From NCBI GenBank assembly GCA_032718475.1, contig JAUCBJ010003571.1, positions 34,659 through 98,658 of the forward strand: 64,000 bases of DNA. The letters are read 5' to 3'. Position numbers and translations under genes: made by a program. This document shows positions 30,101 through 42,100 of the stretch, in pieces (position 1 is the first letter of the stretch; each line of letters opens with the position of its first letter). The notes under the pieces were generated by a model. That model made no database searches. It was not told the DNA's origin and worked only from the letters and a program-made list of their open reading frames with translations. The stretch is from Nemertoderma westbladi (Eukaryota > Animalia > Xenacoelomorpha).

Positions 30101-33100
30101 ATGAGCTCAATGCACTGATTTAACTTAAACTTACTGGAGATTACTTACCCAACATGAGCTCAATGCACTGCTTTAACTTAAACTTACTGGAGATTACTTA
30201 CCCAACATGAGCTCAATGCACTGATTTAACTTAAACTTACTGGAGATTACTTACCCAACATGAGCTCAATGCACTGCTTTAACTTAAACTTACTGGAGAT
30301 TACTTACCCAACATGAGCTCAATGCACTGCTTTAACTTAAACTTACTGGAGATTATTTACCCAACATGAGCTCAATGCACTGCTTTAACTTAAACTTACT
30401 GGAGATTACTTACCCAACATGAGCTCAATGCACTGATTTAACTTAACTTACTGGAGATTACTTACCCAACATGAGCTCAATTCACTGCTTTAACATAACT
30501 TACTGGAGATTACTTACCCAACATAGCTCAATGCACTGCTTTAACTTAATTTACTGGAGATTACTTACCCAACATGAGCTCAATGCACTGATTTAACTTA
30601 ACTTACTGGAGATTACTTACCCAACATGAGCTCAATGCACTGATTTAACTTAAACTTACTGGAGATTACTTACCCAACATGAGCTCAATGCACTGATTTA
30701 ACTTAAACTTACTGGAGATTACTTACCCAACATGAGCTCAATGCACTGATTTAACTTAAACTTACTGGAGATTACTTACCCAACATGAGCTCAATGCACT
30801 GCTTTAACTTAAACTTACTGGAGATTACTTACCCAACATGAGCTCAATGCACTGCTTTAACTTAACTTACTGGAGATTACTTACCAAACATGAGCTCAAT
30901 GCACTGATTTAACTTAAACTTACTGGAGATTACTTACCCAACATGAGCTCAATGCACTGCTTTAACTTAAACTTACTGGAGATTACTTACCCAACATGAG
31001 CTCAATGCACTGCTTTAACTTAACTTACTGGAGATTACTTACCCAACATGAGCTCAATGCACTGCTTTAACTTAAACTTACTGGAGATTACTTACCCAAC
31101 ATGAGCTCAATGCACTGATTTAACTTAAACTTACTGGAGATTACTTACCCAACATGAGCTCAATGCACTGCTTTAACTTAAACTTACTGGATATTACTTA
31201 CCCAACATGAGCTCAATGCTTGGATTTAACTTAACAAATGAAGGTTCTTTGCCGAATCGATCTTGTCTTTATCTCTAAAGATCTATTTAATACTATATAA
31301 TTTACTTCAGTACATATTACGATTATTATTGAGATCTTGACGCTACGGCTGGCTATACCGCGTAAAATTACATTTTTTAACATCCAATTAAATTTAATAA
31401 TTGTTTTTTAAATTATTTAATTAATAGTTTTTTTTAATTAAAATTATATTTTTGCAACACCATACGATACACCGAATGTGAGAAAGAGTAAAGTAAGGTT
31501 TGCTTAGCCAGTCAGGCCAGGGATTAAGCAAAAATTCTGAAGACTTATTTCCGTTGCGGTCCCCTAGAACTATACTCCCCAGAGGAAACTCCAGTACTCA
31601 TTTAGCATTTCAGGATGCAAGGAAGAGATGCACCCTGGCTAGTTAGTACTTTTAAAGCATTAAAGAAAGAAAAACTGCCCTGCCCCGGCGCGGGGCTCGA
31701 ACAAATGACCTGAATTCAATGCAAATACAATATCAATTTGGTCCCCAGTATGTTATGGGTATTCATATAAATGTATAACTACTATAATAACTGGAATGTA
31801 GCACACATATTGAAATGGCCTAAAATGGCATGATTAAGGACCAGAAGGTATTTAAACATGTGCGGGCAGATGACTGAGTCAAAGAAGGCCTTGAATAAGT
31901 CGATGATATCTAGATGCCATTATTTCCTTGTAGAAAAATATTCCATGATCCACCAAAGTGTTGTTGTTCCAATGTTAGTAATTACTAAATAATGTCTGTT
32001 TGTCAAGGCTAATTTGGCACAAAAATATAAAACCAGATTAAATGGAGATGTTTGGATGGCTAAGAGTTGATTAAAAGGAATCTATGAATTAATGATAAGC
32101 GAAACTGCAACATGTGGGTGGGTATATTGGGTACCTGATTATTTATTGAGCTGGTACAACCTTCAATTATTCGAACTTCCCAAATTAATGTTAAGTGTTA
32201 TACACAATGTTACTTACTCCACGGTTTCGGACTTCAACGTATTCATCCCCAATTTTCTTCTCGAATATATATCGGTCGCACATGGTACACGAACAGGTCA
32301 ACTGAAATTGATCGTCGTAAAGGTTAAAAGAATTTGTGTTCTCTCCAGTAGACGTCACCGAGATTGTCGAAGGAACTGAATAATTAAAACAATTAGTTAT
32401 ATTTACTTTTTTAATTATTCATAATTAAGTTACTTATAATTTGCAACTGCAACAGATAACTTGCACACATCTCAAACCAGACACTATAAAACATTGGAGG
32501 TGTCTCATTGGTTCCCCCAAGATTGACACTTGAACAAAGCCGCCTCCGCTTTGTAGGACATTGTTTACGCCGTGAGGACCAGCCTGTGCACAATGTTGTG
32601 CTTTACAGCCCCACGGAGAAAATAAGCATGGTGGACAGTCCATGACTTTCGTGAGACGCATTTTAAAGGACACTGGCCTTGAAGATGCGGATAATCTCGC
32701 GAATGTCATGGGGGTTGGCGGTGAAACTTTGTTGATAAAGTAGCATAGCATTCTTAATGAACGCTGCATTGGGCTTGGCAATTGTGGATTGTATGGTGGT
32801 GACAAAATATTTTTGTTAAGCCAGCATAGTTAAGCATAGCATCAATGTGTAGTTTCAATGCAGCAGGCCGACTATAGTAGAAGTTGCTTATAATTTACAT
32901 TAGTCACGTTTAATTCTGCATAACATTGGATGTTGAATGAATTCAACACCTTACAGACTCTGAGTTTGGCTAACGCGACTTGGTTCGTTTATTCATTTTT
33001 AATAACCTCCAACATTCCCATCACCCCTCCATAATTCTAATAAAACGCAAATATCCCAAAGATGATTAATCCAAAGGTTAATCAGGTAAAAGGTCAGAAC

Positions 33101-36100
33101 TATGTATTAATGAATATTAACGACTAATGTTGACTTTTGCGCAAAAAAATTATTGACTGTTGCAACTGTATAGCTTTTATTAATCAGCTAAATTTCAATG
33201 AATTAGAACATATGTTGAATATAGAACGTTACATATAAATTAGAAAGGAATTGTCTATTTGTAGTCTGTCGAATTGTCTTCTTTACAGTATAGTGAACCA
33301 CATTGTGCTGTTATTGTGTTGTATTATGCGCGCGCTATTCTACTCCTATCTATACTCAGTTACCACCTTTTGGGTTTGATTGTAATTCACATTAATAATT
33401 AATTGTGGTTGTAGGTCAAATCCCTAATGTATCATGGTACAATGTAATTCAATCTATAATAACATATAAGTATAATATCATGGTAACAAAATAATAAATG
33501 AATTTACTTACATAATACCATATGTAGTAAATGATTGTAGACAATAAATGGAGGATAGTAAATGTTTGCGATAAACTAGAGTAGAATGCAATAAACTTAC
33601 AAAGTATGGTGACTGAGAATGGTTGCGATTCCACGTCAGGCTGGGGAATTGTGTAGACGCATTTATAGTTGCCATCATCATCTGGTCCCAGATTACTTAA
33701 CTCCAAGGTTAACCCATCATCACTCAGTGTAACACTCCCCTCCCTATCATTCAATTTAATTTCATCATCTGCACAGTAACACTCGAATCAATTAATCACT
33801 GCAGGCAGATTGCAGGGTATCTTTCCATTAGTAAATCTATCAAATGCCATGTCATGTCGAATTTCACAGATTGTTTTATATTTGTTTGCAATGGCCGTGA
33901 TACGAAGGTGTTAATTAGAAAACTATACTTTTATAAAATGCCTATATAAAAATGTGAAAAGCAAAATCTAAATCTCTGGCATCATGATGACATCCACAGT
34001 GAGTTGAACTAGTTATTTCGAGCAATAAGATAAAAGTCTTGTAGAAAAAGTTGGGTGGACCACCACCCCAACATTTCATCTCAGTCATCTCATTTTAATA
34101 AAATGTCATCAGAAAAATACATGTCATGGCGTAGCAGGAGGGTTGTTGTACAATCAAGTAAGAGTCAACAATGTGCACTGAATCTAGTGAGGGGTGGATA
34201 TTGTTTTTTGGAGATATTGCAGAAAAATAGACCGCGAAGAAAATTGTAAAAATATTTAAATAATTAAATATTTAAATAAATAAAAATAAATATTTAGTAT
34301 TATAAAATACCAAAAATTATCAACTGACTAATAATGCACATCCTATATCTTTGGGATATATATTATTGTAATTTTTTTTTCAATATTTACGCAATTGGCA
34401 TTCTTCTGCAGACAAAAAAAAACATTATTTATCACTAGATATATTGTATTATAGCATACTTGTTTTTTTTATAAGACATGGCGTGGTATACATAAACTGG
34501 AGTTATTTGTAATTTTACTAACCTCTAATCCACTGTATAGGGTTTAAACCTGCTAGAGCGTCAACTGGTATAGCATCCAAATCACCTTGGGGTACATTAT
34601 GTACAATACAATTCAACTTAAACTTGCTGTTGATATGTTGACGTATTACAGCTGCTTCAGAAGTTATCTTGCTATGATGGGCTCCTTCTGTCATTTCTAC
34701 ATAGACTTTCACAACTAGAAATGGTAAATCAATGGTAATTATTATTTTGAAATGTGCAATAATCCCATTTTACTTGAAATAAAAATGTGCAGAAATTAAT
34801 GACATAATTATTGTATGTCGCAGTACAATTTGATGTTCTTTACAAACACTGTCCGTGACCCGTTAGCTTCAAGCAACGGCTTTATGGTACATGTTGGTTG
34901 CTGAGGCTGATATGTGTACAATGAATCTGAGAATCAGGACATAGGAGCATCGATATGGCATATGGGTTAGACCGACAGGTTCCAAAATATCATTGACGAT
35001 TTCCTATAACAATATATTAATTAGATATGTAAGTATGATTGTGGGAAGAATTTGAGAATATAACAAGCGTGAAATCGCGCAAAGGTCTGTGTCAACTAAC
35101 GCATGAACGGTCTCCTTGAATGGCTTACTAACAATCTTACAACAAAAAACATTCAACGGAATGGGGGGATTGAATTCTGTACCTAGAGATTCCAAGTCCC
35201 ACGCTCTGCCAACTGAGCCACTGGGGCCGTATTAATCCCTAGTACCAAAAGCTAGCGAGAAATTAACACCACCAACAACAACAACAACCTCAACAACAAC
35301 ATCAACAATGTTACGGGAGCAATCCCTGGGGCGCTTCGCCACCCAGAAAACCAATATGTCACCTCAAACAGTTATTAACCAAAATGGGAAATCTATTAGC
35401 ACCCCGGTTTGTAAGGACCCCAAAGGTCAACTTACAAGGGAGCCCTGCCAAAAGGGCCAAATTGCCATAGGACCGCGCAATCTACCATATACTACTCTTA
35501 AGCTAACAGCAGCTTATACTACTGTCATGTGGGGCGAGCCACGAAGTTGGCGGAGCCTTAGCGAATTGACACTGTTAGGGGGTGGGTCAATTTATGCAAA
35601 TAGTTGTCGTCGTCGTCGTCGTCGTCGTTGTCGTCGTCGTCGTCGTCGTTGTCGTTACGATTTTGACATGCTAATAACTTTGTCGGATTTAAAGCTGCCA
35701 AGTTGAAAATTTGTAGGTATCAATATGAGCAAAAGTTGAGATTTTTGAGAGACTTTCAGACACCATCAGTGCAATGGTCTCCCGCTAGAGGGCCACATGT
35801 CTAAACATTAAATGGCCACCCATTTCTTTGCTTTTAATCCGTTTAAGCTGAAACTTGGGAAGTATGTACTAGACCTTTAGCTGTAAATTTCAAAGGAGGC
35901 TAATCTGTCTGCAGTTCTCCAGTCTGCCGCTAGAGGGCGAAATGTCCCGAATGTGAAATTATTCTTCCATTTAGTTGTTTATGATCTGATTACGCTAAAA
36001 CTTGTCATATATGTACTAGATGACATCCTGAGTCTTTGTGTGGATTGTAATTGGTCCGAAGTTTTCCAGTCTGCCGGTAGAGGGCCACATGTCTAAACAT

Positions 36101-39100
36101 TAAATGGCCACCCATTTCTTTGCTTTTAATCCGTTTAAGCTGAAACTTGGGAAGTATGTACTAGACCATTAGCTGTAAATTTCAAAGGAGGCTAATCTGT
36201 CTACAGTTCTCCAGTCTGCCGCTAGAGGGCGAAATGTCCCGAATGTGAAATTATTCTTCCATTTAGTTGTTTATGATCTGATTACGCTGAAACTTGTCAT
36301 ATATGTACTAGAAGACATCCTAAGTCTTTGTGTGGACAGTAATCGGTCCGGAGTTTTCAAGTCTGCCGCTAGAGGGCGAAATGTAGGAAAGTGATAACCT
36401 TCGCGAATTCCTTGATCTTAATCTATTTAAGCTGAATTTTGGAATATACAGTACCGGTATGTACTAGACCACATGCCTCGTCTTTGTGAGGAAGGTGATC
36501 GATCCGTAGTTCTTTAATATGCCGCTAGAGGGCTAAATGTATGAAAGTGAAAACCTTCCAACATTTCGTTATTTATGATCCGTCAATCGGAAACTTGGTA
36601 GATATGTAATAGACCATAGGCTGTGGCTTTGTAGGGAAACTAATCCTTCCTTCTTCAGTTACCCAGTCTCCCGCTAGAGGGTTAACGTTTTCCGGGAAAA
36701 TCTTCTCCTATGTTTTTATAATCCTTTCGAGTTGATACTTAGCATTAACTCATTTCACGTGCTGCGCGAAGGCCCCACTTCGTGTCTATGTATATTCAGT
36801 ACATGGGCATGTCATTCCCTGAGAAGTCGCATTTAGTTTAACAATTCTGTTACTGCTGTAATATCAATATATATACGGTGACTTACTGACTTGTGCCTTT
36901 TACTGGTAACTGTTTATTCTGTATTTTATTATACATGGAAGCCGAAACAAGAAGCCAGTTTTCCACAACATCCAAATCAGTGAGATCCGTCCCCACAGCT
37001 ATTGAACCTGTTAAAACAGATTTCTACCCCAAAACTCTTATCACCCGCTCGGTAACCGCTGCCCCCTTTGCACTTTTTCTACATTTTAGGTCTACTGCTC
37101 TACCTATGTAAATCTATGTAAATAATTAATACCGGTACCTACGTACGTACGCTCTAAATATCATGGTATTGTTGATTTATATGTAACATTTTAAACTACC
37201 TTGATAAAGAGTGTGAGCGGATTCAATTCCGCCTCACAAACCCCATAAAGTTGGGAAGTGGCGCCTTTAAGCAATATTGGGGATACGAGGTTAATCCCCA
37301 ATTAACCTCGTATTACACACCCAATAAACGGGGACAACAAACCCCGAAGGGCCACACAAAAGGGAGGTCAGAGGTTAAACCTCCAGGAGAGGAAAGTGAC
37401 AGCAGCGGGGGGGAAACATTCCCACAGAGTTGAGAGCCGAGAATTAGGTTATTGGCCAATCAGAGCCAAGAAATGCATCCGCTAAGTAATTAGGCCACAA
37501 GTACAGTAGGTAATCAAATATATTACCGGTTAGTGCTTGTGCCCCTTTCAGTCATCTCAGTCACACAGTGGGGACCAGTGACATTTGTACCATCACCGTT
37601 ACTGTCAGATGATCTCATTACTGCTGTACTGCAACTGCATTATCTATATTACCGTGCTATCATATATCTCATTACCGTTAATCAAATATATTACCGACAA
37701 TAACAACAACAAACTATCTTCTTTCCAACAACGCGGTGACGCGTAACTTAATTCACCGGTCGGGATCCCCTGATCCCGTCACAGTACAAAATCTAAGGGA
37801 CCACGACTGTGACTGCCAGCCACCACGAAAGAGTAAAGATGAGCCAAGAGGGAGAGAGGACACCGCCGCGGACCCCGGACGACAACCTAATGATCCGCGA
37901 GGCCGCGACGCGACGGTATCGACCCGCAACGCCAGAAAGAGATGATCCGGCAACAACCCAAGCGGTGGGCGGCCGTCTACCAGAACGAGAGGACGAGTCG
38001 ACGCACGATGGCGGACGACGTACCGATGTCGCCGGCCAGCCACAGGCCGAGGGCGACGGACGGCCCACCGGAACGGCGACGGTGGGGCCGCCGGTACGAC
38101 GCCGAACCAGGAGGGGAGAAGGAGAGGTCGGCGACGAGGAAGTTGGAGTCAGCGATTGGCTCCGACGGGCTTACAACGCCATGAAGAAACAGTTGAGGGA
38201 GGCCAGGGAAGGAGCGAAGGTGGACCAGGTACAACTACAGCGGCGACTAGGTGAGTCAAATAAACATTTTAGGTCCCTAGTTCGCTTCGGGCAGGGAGAA
38301 CTAGCCAGTGAGAGAGCGAGGGGGGTCGCCACCGAACTATTTGAACTGTGGTGATCCGGGATTATGGAGCCCCAAGTTGTGTACATAGGGCCGTATTTAG
38401 TGGATGCTAGGGGAATTAAGTTAGTGGGTTGGGCGGACCCGCACGAGGGCGAATCCGAGGTTAACTCCGAGGATTCGGTCTCGTCGGTTAGCGAGAACCC
38501 CGGAAAGCGGGGGAAAGTTAGTAGGACAGAGGGGCGACGGGATTCCGTCGCGACCGACAAGTCCGCTACATCCTCCGCAAAAGTAAGAAGGGTGTTAGAA
38601 ATAGATCTGGCGTGTCAATTGGGCATTGCGGCGCTAGACCAGAAAGAGTTAGAGAGACAGTTGAATGAGGGGACCGCATTATTAGAGAGGGAGAGAGAGT
38701 TAGCGAAGGAGTGTAGAGAGAGGGCCAAGAGAGTGGCGAGAGACTGTAGAGAGCGAGAGACGAGAGAGATGGATGAGCGTAGAGAGTGGGAGACGAGAGA
38801 GGCAGAGTTGGCCGAGCAAAGTTTACGAGAGGATAGAGAAAGAGAGAGAGGGGGAAAGCGTATGCGGGATGATATGCATGCCCAGCTGAGGGGGCTTATG
38901 CAATATCAGGCCAAGCAGAAGCGCCGACTAGAACTGGCGCAGTTGGGACTATCAGAGAGTGAGGCTGGCTCGGGTAGTGTTTACGAGGAGCCAGAAGTAG
39001 TGAAAACGTTTGTTAATACCCCACTTACAGGCACCGGGCGAGAGAACCAGAACTGGTGTAGCCGTACGGGCAGGGGGGGGGGGGGGGGGGGGTAATAATA

Positions 39101-42100
39101 ATACGTTAGAAGATATTAATATTAATAGTACCGTAGTAGACAACCCTAATCAAACTTTTATTACAGGAAATAATATTTTATCAGGTAATTCTAATTTAAA
39201 TATAAATAATTCAAATAATAATATTAATTCAAATATTCAAAATAATCCGAATAATATTAATTCAAATATTCAAAATAATCCGAATAATTCTAATTCAAAT
39301 ATTCAAAACAATCCGAATAATTCTAATTCAAATATTCCAAATAATTCGAACAATAATTTAAATTTAGAAAGTAATAATAATTCTAATTCAAATATTCCAA
39401 ATAATTCGAACAATAATTTAAATTTAGAAAGTAATAATAATTCTAATTTAAATAATTTAAATAATAATATTGACAACGGGGCTATTAATACTAATGTAGG
39501 AGACACAGGTGGTCCAGCCAACGGGGGCCTACAAGGCCACGCAGTTAGTGCGCAGGGAGTAGCGGGGGTGAGAGACCCCGACGGGAGCCTGCAAGGCCAC
39601 GTAGTTAGGCAGGGAGTAGCGGGGGTGAGTCAACCCGACGGGAGCCTGCCAGGCCACGCAGTTGCACAGGGAGAGGCGGGTGTGAGTAGACCCAGCCGCA
39701 GTAGAGACAGTGCGTCGACTAGAGAGGGTAGTAGAAGCGAAGTAAGAGGTGGCGAAGTAAGAAGTGGCGAGTGGGGGGGGGGGGGGGGGGCTACGGGCAC
39801 CCCACCACGAAAGATTAGTGGCAAGAGAGGGGGGGGGGGGGCAGAGAATGCCCCACAAGAGGGGTGTAGAAGCGAAGTAAGAGATAGTGAAGTTAGAAGT
39901 GGCGAGTGGGAGGGGGGGCTACGGGTGCCCCACCACGGAAGATTAGTGGCGAGAGAGGGGGGGCAGAGAATGTCCAACAAGAGGGACGTAGAAGCGAAGT
40001 AAGAAGTAGCGAAGTAAGAAGCAGCGGGTGGGGGGGGGGGGGGGGGGGGGCTACGGGCGCCCCACCACGAGAGATTAGTAGCGAGAGGGTGGGGGCAGAG
40101 AATGTCCCACAGGCGTCGGCGGATAATGCGCGGGGCAAGTTAGGTGAACCGCGGCACCCGACGACGGAGAATAGTAGGGGGATGGCGAGTATCCCCAGGA
40201 GGGTCCAACCGGACAGAGTAGAGTCAGATGTTAGCGCCGAGAGTGGGCGAGAGACAAGACGTCGAGCCCAGTCAGAAGAGAGAAGAAGATTAGTAGAGTT
40301 TAACCGAGAGGTCGAAGAGAGAAGAAGTGAAGAGAATAGAAGAATCGTTGCTAGGAGCAACCGGAGAGCGAGGACGGATAGCAAGCCGTCGGTAGTAGAG
40401 ATGGAGTTAGGGAGTCAGTGGGGTCGAACTCCGGGAGATTGCCGTCGCCCCGGAGAAACGCACCGCACGCCAGGAGAGCGGTACAGGACGTACCGATACG
40501 AAGACGAGAACAGGAGAGGGGATCGAAGAGAAACTTCCCGACGGGATATAGCTGCCGATCGAGAGTACGGTAGTCGCGGGAGATTGAGATTCGAGAAGAT
40601 TAAACTTCGGTTCGGAAGGGCACATGCAGACTGCAGGACATACTGTAGGCCTTACTGCACATACTATTATAGGCCATGCTGGGAGAGATAGTGTAGGCGA
40701 TAGGGTAGCGCGAACGACGGGATTAGATCCGGAAGTCGCGGAGTACATGCCGGTAGGTAGGCAAGAAGTGGATAGGCCTATATCGGTACCAGCACAGCAG
40801 CATGACTATAATATCCAGGGACATAACATATATCCAGGGGAGGGGAGAGTTATTGCAGATAGATGTATGGGCCCCAATATATTAACATCAACCCCAGTAC
40901 CAAACATACCGGTGGGGGGGGGGGGGGGGGGGCAGGGTGACATTCCCCCATTACAATATCAACAATACACTCAAACAGGAATAAGAACATCGAACCCCCT
41001 GGACGAGAACAGGTCATGCGACACGGAAATATGGAGGGGGCCGTTACCCCCAATGATATATCCGACACAAAGAAGGTCAACAGGCCCGACGGGCGGACCG
41101 CACCCAACAGGAGAATCTGTACAGCATCCCTCGAACCCATTGGAAGCACAGGCAATGGGAATGGCGACACTAATCGATGCATTAAAGACCAGGATCGAGT
41201 TACCACCAGTCGAGCCATTTAAATTCGACGGAAGTAGGCCGGAAGAATACCTGCAATTTCGGCGCATGTACAGCAACGAGATATTAAGTAAGAACTTGAC
41301 GCAGGCGGAGTGCCTAAAATATCTACAGGTATATACAGGAGGCCCAGCGTATGACATCGTGAGGCAGTATCAGGGCATCGAGGGCGGCTTCACGACTGCA
41401 TGGCGGGCCCTAGACAGGGAATACGGACACCCAGCCAAGATCATCCGGCAAACCCTGAGGGGTATAACATCGGGTGGCCTACAGGATAACCCCATTAGCA
41501 TAAAGACATTTGCGAACAAAGTCGAGAAGGCGTCTAATCGTGTTGAAGACGCTAGACGCGCCATACGAACTCAACGCATCTAATAACATCACCACGATAG
41601 CGCAGGCACTGCCGATCTGGTTACGGAGCAAGTGGAGGAAGATCGCCTTCTCCACTCGGGAGAAGAAAGGTGCGGAGCCAGGGCTAGAGGAAATGTCAAA
41701 CTTCCTCAACTACGAAGCCGAGTTGATCACAGACCCAGTCTATAGTGAGGATAGTTTGGGGAAGGCACCGAAGACCGAATACAACAGGCCTAAACCCGAA
41801 CACAATCCTGCAGATCCATTCCCGAGAGTAAGACAGTCGCTACCACACGCGGCCACACAGGGGGCTACAAGCCCACAGTTAGCTGGGAGTAGGGCCACAC
41901 CGTGGCAGGGACAGAAAGAAAATAACACCACAAATAAACATAATCCCAACATACCCAGTAGGCCGAGTCTAGATAACCAAAACACTAAATCGGTAGATAT
42001 AAACCTACGCGCGATACGTGAAGGACTATACAGGGAACGCTATAATCCAGGATTCGAATGTCAATTACATCGGGATGGAACCCATAAGACCATGAGTTGT

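Noticed and set aside
23806-31235. CRISPR array or Dscam-like cassette of alternative coding exons
   Set aside because: No unique spacers. Units are near-identical and the main pseudo-exon is 19 nt, so little coding diversity is available; kept only as a splice-motif observation.
35163-35228. Functional tRNA gene
   Set aside because: The T-arm/B box is degenerate and there is no acceptor stem; treated as a SINE head or pseudogene.
35308-35706. 132-aa ORF with poly-Arg
   Set aside because: The poly-Arg is the (GTC)n microsatellite of the HINE element.
39073-40935. Programmed frameshifting at long G-runs in the BEL ORF
   Set aside because: Very long G/C homopolymers occur throughout the window (e.g. 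5197, 11323, 48042, 62217) and are prone to length error; not usable as evidence.
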